Shown here one piece after another: positions 40,671-54,800 of a DNA stretch of 64,000 nt. The stretch spans positions 640,001 through 704,000 of the forward strand of contig CAVSDR010000006.1 of assembly GCA_963726745.1 (NCBI GenBank), in the 5' to 3' direction. Within the stretch, counting starts at the first letter, position 1; every line of letters begins with the position of its first letter. The stretch is from an uncultured Verrucomicrobiae bacterium (lineage in GTDB: Bacteria; Verrucomicrobiota; Verrucomicrobiia; Chthoniobacterales; UBA10450). A model generated the notes under the pieces. That model was given only the letters and a program-made list of their open reading frames with translations. It searched no databases and was not told the origin of the DNA. Position numbers and translations under genes: made by a program.

Positions 40671-41211
40671 TCAGCGCCTAACGACCACCGGCGTGCCCGG
40701 CTTGACCGCTTCGTAGAACTGCTTCGCCCGCCAGTAGGGCATGCGAATGCAGCCGTGCGACGCTGGCTGGCCCGGGAGGTAGCCCGCGTGCAACCCGTAG
40801 CCCGGCGAGAACTGCACGAAGTACGGCATCGCCGCGCCCATGTAATGCGTCCCGCGCGGCTTGCGCTCGCGCCGCACGTCGACGTTCGCTCGCACCACCC
40901 GGCCCCGCGCATCTACGTAGGAACCGTAAGGCTGAGCGATGATCGGCGTCTTTCCGCTGCACCGCGAAAGTGCCACGCGGCGTCCCGTGCCCTTCGCGTC
41001 CGCTGGAGATGCGCGAGACCGCGGCCACGCCCGCCGCGATAGAGGTAGGCCCGCTGCTCGCTCAGGTCCACGACCACGCGGGCGCGACCAGAGTGCCGCT
41101 CGGGCAAATGCGTGGCCACGAGATCGCCCACGGTGCTGCAGGCGTTCAGGCCGCAGAGACTCGGAGCGCGAGCAGGAAAAGGGAAAGTCGGCGCACGCTC
41201 CTCCTTCGCAT
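40671..41211 (-). CDS. L,D-transpeptidase (YkuD/ErfK) lipoprotein, about three frameshifts
   Basis: Pieces in successive frames: signal/LNAC lipobox, VVVDLSEQRAYLY, ISSGREGHGTP.G.F, MPYF...GLHAG...PASHGCIRMP. Confidence 0.75.
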
Positions 41212-41274
41212 CCCGCCAACGCGCCGCAAGCCCCTTGCGCGCGGGCGCGGCGAAGGGGAAGGGAAATTGCCGCC

Positions 41275-42033
41275 ATGACGCACCTGCTCGTCCTTTGCGC
41301 TTTCTCGATGCTCGCCGGTTTCGTCGATGCCGCAGTCGGCGGCGGCGGCCTGATCCAACTTCCGGCTGCGCTCATCCTGCTGCCTGGCGTGCCCATCCCC
41401 ACGATTCTCGGGACAAATAAATTCGCCGCGCTCTGCGGGACCAGCTTTGCCCTCCAGCGTTACGCGCGGCATGTGCGGATCGATTGGCACCTCGTCGGGC
41501 CCACGGCCTTGGTCGCCTTTCTCTGCGCCTTCGGCGGAGCGCGCGCGGTCAACTTGCTGGACCCAAAGCTCCTCCGCCCGGTCATTCTCCTGCTGCTCGT
41601 GGTCGTGGCGATTTACGTCTTGCTGGCTAAAAATCTCGGCCTGGTCCACGCGCCGAAGCACACCCCGCGGAAGGCGCTGGGCCTCGGTCTCGTGGTCGGC
41701 GCGGCGCTCGGCTTTTACGACGGCTTTTTCGGCCCGGGCATGGGCAGCTTCCTCATCTTCGCCTTCGTCGGCTTGTTTGGCTTCGACTTCCTTTCCGCTT
41801 CCGCTTCGGCCAAGGCGGTCAACTGGTCGACTAATTTCGCCTCCTTGATCTACTTCGGCCTAACGAATCAAATCCTCTTCAAGATCGGCCTGGCCATGGC
41901 CGCGAGTAATGTCGTCGGCGCTCTCCTCGGTTCGCACCTCGCGATCGCCAAGGGCAGCCGCTTCGTCCGTGGCCTTTTCCTGGTGGTCGTCGGCGCGCTC
42001 ATCTTGAAGCTCACGCAGATGATGCTGTGGTAG
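41275..42033 (+). CDS. TSUP (TauE/SafE) family transporter
   Basis: AGFVDAAVGGGGLIQLP, LGTNK, GFYDGFFGPG.GSF. Confidence 0.9.
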   Translation: MTHLLVLCAFSMLAGFVDAAVGGGGLIQLPAALILLPGVPIPTILGTNKFAALCGTSFALQRYARHVRIDWHLVGPTALVAFLCAFGGARAVNLLDPKLLRPVILLLLVVVAIYVLLAKNLGLVHAPKHTPRKALGLGLVVGAALGFYDGFFGPGMGSFLIFAFVGLFGFDFLSASASAKAVNWSTNFASLIYFGLTNQILFKIGLAMAASNVVGALLGSHLAIAKGSRFVRGLFLVVVGALILKLTQMMLW

Positions 42034-42042
42034 GGTGCAGCT

Positions 42043-42684
42043 ATGAGCTCACTCGATCATCTCTTCGCCAGCAATCGCGCCTGGGCCGAGCGCATTCGGA
42101 AACAGGATCCGAATTTTTTCGCCAACCTCTCGAAGCAGCAGGCTCCGGGTTATCTCTGGATCGGCTGCTCGGATTCGCGCGTGCCCGCGAACGAAATCGT
42201 CGACCTCGCGCCGGGCGAACTTTTCGTGCATCGCAACGTGGCCAACATCGTGGTGCATACCGACCTGAATTGTCTCTCGGTGATGCAATTCGCGGTCGAT
42301 ATCCTCAAGGTCCGGCACATCATCGTCACCGGGCACTACGGCTGCAGCGGCGTGGCCGCGGCGCTCCTGCGCAAGCGCATTGGCCTGGCGGATAATTGGC
42401 TGCGCCATGTGCAGGACGTGCGCGAGAAGCATCAGGCGCGGCTGGAGAATCTGGACGATACCCGGGCCGCCTCGCACCTCTGCGAATTGAACGTGATCGA
42501 ACAGGTGGCCAACGTTTGCCAGACCACGATCGCGCGCGACGCCTGGGAGCGCGGCCAGGAACTCACGGTCCACGGCTGGATCTACGGACTCCACGACGGG
42601 CTGCTGCGCGACCTTGGGCTGAACGTTTCCGACTTCGCCGAGGCCGAGCCGGCTTATCACGAAGCGCTTGCCGCGCTCGCCTAA
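42043..42684 (+). CDS. can: beta-carbonic anhydrase
   Basis: WIGCSDSRVP, FVHRNVAN, GHYGCSGV, LCELNVIEQ, HGWIY. Confidence 0.95.
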   Translation: MSSLDHLFASNRAWAERIRKQDPNFFANLSKQQAPGYLWIGCSDSRVPANEIVDLAPGELFVHRNVANIVVHTDLNCLSVMQFAVDILKVRHIIVTGHYGCSGVAAALLRKRIGLADNWLRHVQDVREKHQARLENLDDTRAASHLCELNVIEQVANVCQTTIARDAWERGQELTVHGWIYGLHDGLLRDLGLNVSDFAEAEPAYHEALAALA

Positions 42685-42702
42685 ACCGCAGAGAACTGCG
42701 GC

Positions 42703-42984
42703 ATGAATCACCTGCAAAAGCTCGGCCTCGCTTCCTTTTTCTTCTTCGGGCTCGGCGTTTTTGCCGGCGCCTTGCGCGTCGTCGCCGGTTGGAATCCGCA
42801 AACGCTCGTGGCCGTGGCCCTCGTCTGCTACGCAGTCGCGCTGGTCTTCGCGCTGGTGGCGTTCATGAAGTCGCGCCGCGGCCAAAGCCTCGACGGCACC
42901 ACGAAATTCCTCGCGCGCGCCCCGCTCGCGATCGTGACCCTCGGCGTGCTCGTCTTTTTCCTGCGCGCGATGGTCGGGGTCTAA
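42703..42984 (+). CDS. small membrane protein
   Basis: 93 aa with three hydrophobic helices. Confidence 0.65.
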   Translation: MNHLQKLGLASFFFFGLGVFAGALRVVAGWNPQTLVAVALVCYAVALVFALVAFMKSRRGQSLDGTTKFLARAPLAIVTLGVLVFFLRAMVGV

Positions 42985-44771
42985 CGAGGCGTCGCCGGCC
43001 ACATCAGCGGGATGCAGACGCTGGCCACGCCCCAGAGGAGAAAATTAAGCAGCAAGCCGACCCGCGGGAAATCGGCGAAGCGATAACCGCCCGCGCCGTA
43101 GACGTAGGTGTTCGTCTGGTAACCGATGGGCGTGGCGAAGCAGGCGCTGGAAGCGAAGATGACCGCGACCACAAAGCCGCGGCCATCGACGTGCATCTGC
43201 TCCGCGAGCTGCAGGACGAGCGGCGTCAGCAGCGCGGCGGTGGCGTTGTTGCTCACTAGTTCCGTGATCACGACGGTGACGAAGTAAATCACCGAGACCA
43301 TGACCACCGGGCCGAAGTGCCCGAAGGCATTGATCGCGCCGCTGGCGACGAGCGCCGCCGCGCCGGTTTTCTCCACTGCCACCCCGACCGTGAGCATGCC
43401 GATGATCAGAAAAATTACCTTCCACTCGATCGCCTGGTAAGCCTCGGCGGCATCGACGCAGCGGAACAAAACCACCGCGATGGCCGCGAGGATCGCGAGC
43501 AAAACTACCGGCACTTTGAAAGTCGCGAGCGCGACCACGAGGACGATCGCGGCGATCGCGATCGGCGCGCGGGAACGCCGATACGATTGCTGTTTCGGCT
43601 CGCTCAAGCTCAGGAAATCGCGCTCCTCCATCAGGCGATGGATTCCTTCCGCCGGTCCTTGCACCAACAAAGTGTCGCCAAAAGCGAGGCGCACATTCTC
43701 GAACTTCTCGCGCAGATTATGCCCTTGCCGATGGACCGCGAGAATAAGCGCGCCGTATTTTTGCCGGAAGTTCAACTGCTGAAGGGTGCGCCCGACCATG
43801 CTCGATTGCGGGCCGATGATTCCCTCCATCAGCACCGCGGAGCGCGTCTCCACGTTCGTTAGGCCGAGCGCTTCCTGCGGCTGGAAATCGATCCCCGCCG
43901 TTTCCTGGATGCCTTTGACCCCGGCGGTGATCGTCTTCAAGAGCAGCTGGTCGCCCTTCTCGAAAATGAGTTCGTTCAACGGCGTGCGCAGACGCGCGCC
44001 GTGGCGCAGGACTTCGATGATCCGGACCTCGCGCATCTTCGCCAGCGGCGTTTCCGCGAGCTTGTGACCGACCAGCGGCGAGTCCTGCGTGATCACCGCC
44101 TGGGTGAGGAATTCCTTGATCTCGCTCGGGTTGATCATCGAGGAGAGGGTCTCGCGTTGCGGGAGCAAGAGGCGGCCAATCGTGAGCAGGTAGGCGATGC
44201 CGACGACGGCGTAGATCACGCCCAGTTTCGAGAACTCAAACATCCCGAAAGGCGCCATCCCGTGCCCGCGGGCGATGCCGTCGACCACGAGATTCGTCGA
44301 GGTGCCGAGGAGGGTGCAGGTGCCGCCGAGCATCGCCGCGAAAGAGAGCGGGATGAGCATGCGCGAGGCTTTCACCCCCGTGGTGCGCGAGAGGCCGAGG
44401 ACGATCGGCATGAAGACGACCACCACCGGCGTGTTGTTCACGAAAGCCGAGGCGGTCGCGACCACGAGCATGAGCGTGAGCAGGACGCGCAGCTCGGTCT
44501 TGCCCGCGACCCGCGCGAAGAGATGCCCCATGGCGTCGATCGTGCCGGTGCGCTCGAGCGCGGCGCTCAAGACAAACATGCAAGCGATCGTGATCGGCGC
44601 GTGATTGCTGAAAGCCGCGAGCACATCCGGCGTTTTGAGAATGCCGGCTAAAACCAGCAGCGCCATCGCGCTGAGCGCGATCAGGTCGGCGCTGGCCCAC
44701 TCGCGCAGGAAAGCCAGAAAAACGCCCACGACGACGAAGCCGATAACGACGAGCTGGAAGGTGGGGCTCAT
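42981..44771 (-). CDS. SLC13 family permease with TrkA-C domains
   Basis: SAFVNNTP, GGTCTLLGTSTNL, two RCK-C repeats, SNNAT, TPIGYQTN. Confidence 0.92.
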   Translation of the reverse strand: MSPTFQLVVIGFVVVGVFLAFLREWASADLIALSAMALLVLAGILKTPDVLAAFSNHAPITIACMFVLSAALERTGTIDAMGHLFARVAGKTELRVLLTLMLVVATASAFVNNTPVVVVFMPIVLGLSRTTGVKASRMLIPLSFAAMLGGTCTLLGTSTNLVVDGIARGHGMAPFGMFEFSKLGVIYAVVGIAYLLTIGRLLLPQRETLSSMINPSEIKEFLTQAVITQDSPLVGHKLAETPLAKMREVRIIEVLRHGARLRTPLNELIFEKGDQLLLKTITAGVKGIQETAGIDFQPQEALGLTNVETRSAVLMEGIIGPQSSMVGRTLQQLNFRQKYGALILAVHRQGHNLREKFENVRLAFGDTLLVQGPAEGIHRLMEERDFLSLSEPKQQSYRRSRAPIAIAAIVLVVALATFKVPVVLLAILAAIAVVLFRCVDAAEAYQAIEWKVIFLIIGMLTVGVAVEKTGAAALVASGAINAFGHFGPVVMVSVIYFVTVVITELVSNNATAALLTPLVLQLAEQMHVDGRGFVVAVIFASSACFATPIGYQTNTYVYGAGGYRFADFPRVGLLLNFLLWGVASVCIPLMWPATPR

Positions 44772-44876
44772 GGCGCGTCCTACTTGCAGCGCGCGCCGCG
44801 CCGAGGTCAAGCTCGATGGCGCCGCTGCAGAATCGTGATCGCTTTTCCCGCGCAGCCACGGCAGAAACGAAAGACG

Positions 44877-45330
44877 ATGAAACTTCGCTTCCTCCTTCCG
44901 CTGGTTTTAGCCAGCACTCTCTTGGCGCAAAGCGCGCCCGACGCCGCCGAGCTGACGAAATTGCTGAAAGATTTCCTGGCCGGCGCCTCGAAGAATGATC
45001 CCGCAATGCACGAGCGTTTCTGGGCCGATGACGTGATCTACACCGGCTCCGGCGGACGCCGCCGCGGCAAGGCAGAGATCATGCAGGACGTCCGCGCGCC
45101 CGCGAAAAAAGAAGCCGGAGCCCGAGCCGACCTACACCGCCGAGGACATCCGCATCCAGCAATATGGCGACACTGCGATCGTCGCCTTCCGGCTCGTTTC
45201 CACCGCGGAAAAGGAGGGCAAACCGGAGATCAAAAATTACCTCAACACCGGCACTTTCCTGAAACGCAACGGCGAGTGGCGCGTGATCGCGTGGCAGGCC
45301 ACGGTGAAACCGGACGCGCCCGCGCCGTAG
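44877..45330 (+). CDS. secreted NTF2-like (DUF4440) protein (frameshift near 45120)
   Basis: Signal peptide, FWADDVIYTG; continues in another frame as YTAEDIRIQQYGDTAIV...FLKRNGEWRVIAWQ to TAG at 45330. Confidence 0.75.
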
Positions 45331-45331
45331 C

Positions 45332-47734
<2,403 letters not shown>

Positions 47735-47738
<4 letters not shown>

Positions 47739-48331
47739 GCGGCGGCCATTTCCCGTTTGAGCCAGAGCTTGGCCACGGCCCACTCGCGTTTCACCGTGGC
47801 CGGCGAAATCTCCAGGACTTCCGCGATTTCCGAAATGCTTAAGCCGCCGAAGAAGCGCAACTCCACGATCTGCCCCTGCCGCGGATCGAGAGCCTCGAGG
47901 TCCTGCAGCGCCGCTTGCAGCGCTTCGGCCGGGATGTTTCGCCGCTCAAAGACTTCGAGCGCGAAGTCGAGGCTCAGGCGCGGGACGTTCTGCCCGCGCT
48001 TGGCGGTGCCACGGGCTTCTGCGTGGCGAATGAGAATGCGGCGCATGATGCGCGCGGAGATGGCAAGGAGGTGGGCCCGGTTTTGCCAACTGGGCGTGCG
48101 TTGATCGACCAGGCGGAGGTAGGCCTCGTGCACCAGCGCGGTGGGTTGCAACGTGTGATCGGACCGTTCCCGCTGCAGGTAGCTCGCGGCAAGCCGCCGC
48201 ATCTCGTCGTAAACCTCCGGGAGCAATTGCGTTAACGAAACGCCTCCCTCGCGGAAGAATGTCCGGGTCGCTTCCGGCAGCAAGGCCAGCAACTCCTCGA
48301 CCTCGGCGGACTGACCTTGAACCCCTGACAC
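47735..48331 (-). CDS. ECF sigma factor, TIGR02999-type (kinase-associated)
   Basis: VYDEMRRLA, HTLQPTALVHEAYLRL, VELRFFGGL, TVKREW; stop overlaps the kinase start. Confidence 0.92.
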
Positions 48332-48435
48332 CTGATAATTCTAGGCCAAGCGGAGTTGTTTCGTCATCTACGAAAAACTTCTTTGAGCCGTTTCGTCTGC
48401 ATTTCCGGCGTCTTTGGAAAAGGACCGTTCCGCTG

Positions 48436-48861
48436 GTGCGCGACTCATTCTCATTTTTCTGCCTGGTGCTCGCCGCGGCGAGCGTCTCCCAACTACCTGC
48501 GCAGGTGCCGAACGCCGTTCCCCGAAATGTCAGTGAAGTCACGGCCACCGTGCTCGCGTGCCAAACGTGGCCGGCCGGCGCTTTTGCCAAGGCGCGCCCA
48601 GTTTTGCCACCGGAGCAGATGCGCCATTCGGTGACTCTGAAAATTTTAGCCAGCAAACTGGCGCCCGAAGGCAGCAACAGCCACGCAACCGTGGGGCAAA
48701 CGATCGAGGCCTTCACTGCCAGCGACCTCGGCGGCCTCACGCCGGGCCAGAAGATTTCCGCGACCGTCGTCCTCGTGGGCGACGAGCGCGAAGTGCGCTG
48801 GTCGCTGCGCGAATTTCAACCCCTCCCTCAATCAAAATCATCAAGCAACGCCCCACTTTGA
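48436..48861 (+). CDS. secreted hypothetical protein
   Basis: Probable GTG start with signal-like FCLVLAAAS; the stop overlaps the TTG start of the giant gene. Confidence 0.55.
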   Translation: MRDSFSFFCLVLAAASVSQLPAQVPNAVPRNVSEVTATVLACQTWPAGAFAKARPVLPPEQMRHSVTLKILASKLAPEGSNSHATVGQTIEAFTASDLGGLTPGQKISATVVLVGDEREVRWSLREFQPLPQSKSSSNAPL

Positions 48862-51800
48862 AACCCCGCACCCATCTCCTTCTCTCCGTGCTGACCGCCC
48901 TCGCTTTTTTGCCGCTGGCCCACGGCCAAACTCAAGCGCGGGCGCAGAAAACTTTCGCGCAAACCGAGGCCGAAAGAGCCGCGGAATTCCCCGCCATGAG
49001 CAAGCGCAAGCCCTACCAGCGCGAGGCCTGGAGCTTCCAGCAGCGCGCCTTCCCTACCGGTTTAATCCCGACCGGCGCGCTGGAAACCGCCGTGAAACAG
49101 ATCGAGGCCCAACAGGCTTCGCGCGCCGCCGTCGAAACCGACGCAGCCGCGATCGAAGGCGGCCGCCTGACCAACTGGGTCAATCTCGGCCCGAGCCCAA
49201 TCACCAACGGCCAAACCTCGCCTTCGCAGGCGGTCACTGGTCGCATCACCTCGATCGCGATCGATCCCGCGAATGGCAACCGCTGGCTGGTCGGCGCGGC
49301 GCAGGGCGGCGTGTGGGTGACGGAGGATGCGGGCGCCAACTGGTCGGCTAAAACCGACGGTATGCCCTCGCTCGCGATCGGCGCGATTGCTTTCGCCCCG
49401 GGCAGCCCGAACACGGTCTATGCAGGCACGGGTGAATCGGTCGGCTCGGATTCCTACGGTGGCATGGGTCTGCTGAAGTCGACCGATGGCGGCAATACCT
49501 GGATGCAGGTGTCGGAGTCGCTGCCGAACCCGTTTTCGACCCCGAAACTTGAAGGCGTTTCCGTGAGCGAACTGCGGGTCGATCCAGCCAATGCCAATAA
49601 CATTGTCGCCACGACTACGCAGGGTGCCTATGGGCGCAGCAACGGCGGAGCGCCAACCGTCGGCTCACGCGGCGTGCTCCGGTCGACCGATGGTGGAGAG
49701 ACCTGGCAGCGCACGCTTCCGGCGACCAATTCCCAGGATGCGAGCGACATCGAAGTCGACGGGTCAAATTTCAACAATCAGTTCGCCGCGATCAGCCACA
49801 ATTTCGGCACCACCTCCAACGGCGTCTATCGCTCGAGCGACGGCGGCCAGACCTGGGCACTCATCGACGGCCCGTGGACGAACACGACTAATTTTCCAGG
49901 CGGCATCGGGCGGATCGAGCTGGCCATTTCGCCGGCCGACCCAAACGTTCTTTATGTAAGCATCCAGGACCGGACCGACAAGGTCGGCAGCGATGGCAAC
50001 CTGCTCGGTATCTGGCGCACGGCCGACGCCCTCGCGGCCACGCCCACCTGGTCGCAGCTTCCCTCTCCTAGCGCCAGTCTGATGGCTAATCTTTGGTACA
50101 ACCAGCAACTGCTGGTCGACCCGACGGACTCGCGCCTGCTTTACTTCGGCACGAGCAATTTCCTGCGCTACGACGGCCGGCCGGGAGCCAATCCCGTCTG
50201 GAAAAATCTTCAGCGCAACCTGCACACCGACCAGCACGCGATGGCCTTTAGCGGCCAGAACCGCCTCGTGATTGGCAACGACGGGGGCGTGTATCGACGC
50301 GACGACCATGGGGCGACCACGGCCAACTGGGTCAACTGCAATACCAACCTCAGCACGGTGCAAATTTATGAAGGAGTCGCCCACCCGACCGAGCGCGATT
50401 TCCTCATTGCCGGCGCGCAAGACAACGGCACCTCGTATTATGCGGGCGCCCAGATGTGGGAGCGGGTCGGTTTTGGCGACGGAGCCGACGCGATCATTTC
50501 CTCGCAGCAGAGCTACGCGATCTCTTCGCAGGGGTTAACGATCCTACGGACGTCGAACGGCGGAGCGTCCTTCATCCAGGCGGATGTCGGCATCACCGAC
50601 AATGAAGATGATGGCGACGACGCGAACCGTGCGCCCTTCATCGCGCGGATCACGCGCCATCCGGCCAATGCCAACATCGTCCTGGCGGGCACGGATAACC
50701 TCTGGCGCTCAAACAATTTCTTCTCCGGCGCCACCCCTACCTGGGCGATCAACAGCCCCGACATGACCAGCAACGGAGAGGTCGCGCGGATCAGCGCGAT
50801 CGCCTTTGCCGGGAGCGACACCACGGCCAACACCTATGCCTTCGCGACCGCCTTTGGTCAGCTACGCCTGACGACGGACGGCGGCGCCACCTGGCGGAAT
50901 CTCGACGCCTCCGACGTGGTCCCACAGCGCTACGTGACCAACATGGTTTTCGACCCGACGAACGCGAACATCCTCTACGTCACGCTGTCGGGTTTCGACT
51001 CGAACACGCCCGGAAAGCCCGGCCACGTTTTCCGCACCAAGAATGCCCTCGCCGCCACGCCTACCTGGGACAACCTCACGCCGGCCATCGACGTCCCGCA
51101 CAACGCCATCACGATCGATCCGAACTTCCCGCAAATCATCTATGTAGGCACCGATCTCGGCCTCTGGGAGATCATCACCTCGGAGACGGAGCCGACCATT
51201 TTCACTCACATGGGACCCGAACAGGGGATGCCGAACGTGGCCGTCTTCGACCTCGACTTCCAAGGCGGTTGGAATCGCCGGATTACCGCCTTCACCCACG
51301 GACGCGGCGCCTTCATTGCCGATGTCCACCCGCGGAACGAATTCAAGGTCGACGCACGCCTCTTGCCCACGGCCAGCGGGCGGATCGCCAATACCAACAT
51401 CAACGCCGGGGTGGAAACAGGGGAGCCGGACCACTTCACGGCCACGCCGGAAAAGGGCGCGCACTCGGTTTGGTTTCGTTGGATCGCGCCCTTCGACGGG
51501 CAGGCGACCTTCGACACCATCGGCAGTTTTTTCGATACCGATCTCGCTGTCTATACCGGCGGCAATAACTGGAACGGCCTCGCCCTCCCTGCACTCACGA
51601 GCGACAACAACAGCGGCGGCAACGGCACCAGCCGGGTGGTTTTCCAGGCGACCGCGGGCACGGAATATTTCATCGCCCTCAATGGCTCCAGCCGGGACGA
51701 CGTGGGCCACTACGCGCTCTCCTGGTCGATCGTGGACAACGCGCCTCCGGGATTGGCCGTGACCTGGCCAACGCATGAAGGCGCAGTGCAGGCGTTGACC

Positions 51801-54800
51801 AACATCAGCGGGACCGCGCACGACTCCGGCGGCATCCAGGGGAACAAGGTCACCTTCACGCTTTACCATGCGGGCACGGGACAATTCTGGACGGGCAGCG
51901 ATTGGACCTCGACCCTGACCGCGCTCGACGCGCCGGTGACCGCGAGCGGCACCTGGACTTACACGAACCTGCCCACCGGTTCCAAGGTGCGCTCCGGGCA
52001 ATTCTTCATCAGCGCCAGCATGCGCGACACCGCGGGGAATCTCTCGCAAGCACTGCCCGGGGTAAACCAGACCTCGTTTACCCTCGATGCGAATCCGCCG
52101 AATGTGGCCATTACCTCACCGGCCAACGGCAGCAACATTTCGCAGCAGATCTTTCCCTTCACGGGAACCGCCAGCGACAGCGGCGGCATTGCGCGCGTGC
52201 TCCTCTTCATCCGTCGCAATGCGGACAACAAGTATTGGAACGGCAGCAGTTGGGTCGTGGATCCACTGCAAGCCAACCTGAGTTCCTCTTTCGACAGTTC
52301 CGCCGGCACCTGGTCCTGCAGCGCGAGCCGTCCCCTGCCGGGCTCGAACGCCTCGATCAACATGGTCAACGGAAGCTACAACTTCATCGCCATCGCCTTC
52401 GACAAGGCCGGGAACCAAACCCAGACAGACGCGCAGTTCACCCTCGAATACTATCGCTCGCTCGTCTGGAGCGGTCGTCGCAGCAGCGATTGGAACGACC
52501 CGGCAAACTGGGACTCGAGCGACATCGGCGCCGGCACCATCGTGCCCGACGAGAACGCCATCGTGCGGATCAACAACGGGCAGACGGTCGTCTCCTCTGG
52601 CAGCCGCACGGTGCGACAGTTACACCTCGGCTCGGGGCACCTGTATTTCCCCACCGCGGGCGACCAGCGACTCACGACGACGCACCAGTCCACTTGGGAG
52701 GGCGGCACCTTCACCGGCATCTGGCAAAACAATGCCGGCGCGACCATTAACGTAAGCGGTGCGGGCACGAAATATCTCAATGACGGCAGTGTGCTGGATA
52801 ATTTCGGCACCGTGAACTGGGCCGGCCCCGGCACCATCCAGGGACGCGGAAACTGCGCTTGGAATAACAAGCCCGAGAGTTATTTCGTGGCGGCCGACGA
52901 TGGCGACCTCTTCTCGCAATACAACGGCAACAACCGCTTCAACAACGAAGCGGGCGCACATTTCTTCAAGTTGCTCGGCGCGGCCAATTCCTCCTCCTAC
53001 ATCGACGAGTGGACCTTTAATAACGCCGGCAAAATCGAGTGCGGCGAGGGCACGATCCATTTCAATACCATCCTCAATCTCGCCCCTGGCACCGAGTTCG
53101 CCGGCGACGGACGTTTACTCCTGCAAGGCACGACGAACCTGGGCGCAGAAGTCGTCTCAACCGGTCACCCGGAACTTATCGGTTCCCTGATCGGCACGAC
53201 ATCCGAGGCCGGCTTTCGCGGCACGCAGCCATTCGTTTGGAGCAATGGCGCGATCAGTGGCTCCTTCACCCTCGCGCCAGGCAGCGTCCTCGACCTTACG
53301 ACCACAGCGACCAAGACCCTGGGCGGTGGTTCCGTCTTTACAAACCATGGGCATTTCCGCTGGCGCGATGGCGGACTCCTACGGGGTTACGACACGAGCA
53401 CGTTTAACAACGAGTCCGACGCCACCTTTGAAATCACGACCGATGGCGACGTCTTCGCGCAATACAACGGCAACAACAACTTCAACAACAAAGCTGGCGC
53501 ACTCCTCGTCAAGAGCGGACGGACCGCCGATCCCGACGGCAGTTCCTATGTCGATGAATGGACCGTGAACAACAACGGCACCATCCGCTCCGACACCGGC
53601 ACGCTGCGTTTCCACACGATCCTGAACCTCAACGCTGGTGGCGTGATCTCGCGCCTCGGAGCACTCAGCGCGCGGGTGCGTTCGACCTATTACTTCGTGC
53701 TCACCGGCACGACTACGGTCGCTAACACCACTTTCGAAGCCGGCGGCGACTGGCATGGCAATCTGACCGCGGGCACCGCCGGTAACGGCACCATCGCCAC
53801 GACTGGCAATGGCGTCTTCGAGTGGACCGCGGGCACCGCGCACAACACGGTCAACCTGGCCGCGAACAGCACCTTTGTGATCGCGGGCGACGCCACGAAG
53901 CAGATCGGCGGCGGCGGGCGTAATCAATAATTTCGGCAGCACCACCCTCTCAGGCGAAGGGTCGCTGCGCGGTTACGATACCTCCACCTTCCGCAACTAC
54001 GGCCTCTTCACCGCGACTTCCGATGCCGATTTCACCTACTACAACGGCAACAACCATTTCGTGAATCTCGCGGGCGCCACCTTCCAGAAAACCGGCGGCA
54101 CCGAGAACAATCGCTTCGATTGGGCCTTCGATAATGCAGGCAGCGTCCTCTGCTCCAGCGGCGCGATCACCTTTAACGAAGGCGGCCTTTCCAGCGGCAG
54201 CTTCGCGCCTTCGGGCAGCGGACTGGTGCAGTTCACCAACGGCACCCACGATCTGATCACCGGCGCGACCTTCGGCGGCACCGGCAAGCTCCAGGTCTAC
54301 GGTGGACTCGTTCGCGGAGTGAATCCGGTCACCTGGAATACCAGCGCCGGCCTGCTCGAACTCATCGGCGGCACAGTCACGAGCGCCCCGAGTGGCTCGG
54401 TCAACGTCCAGGGCAATATCACTTGGACTGGCGGCGCTATTGCCGGCACTTTCAACGTCCAGCCAGGCAGCAATTTCCTCATTACCGGCAGCGCCGGGCG
54501 CGACCTCGGGTCCGGCGGCGTGATCAATAATTCCGGCAACGCGATCTGGACCGGCCCAGCCGCCATCCGCGGCTACGACACCACTCGGTGGAACAACAAA
54601 TCTGGCAGCATCTTCACCATGGCGGCCGATGGCGACGTCTTCAGCCAATACAACGGCAACAACATCTTCACCAACGAAGCCGGCGCGACCTTCATCAAGA
54701 GCGTGGGCGGCAGCGCCACCGATGCCTGGAGTTACATCGATGAATGGACCTTCAATAATGCGGGGACCATCAGCAGCCAGCAGGGCACCTTGCACTTCAA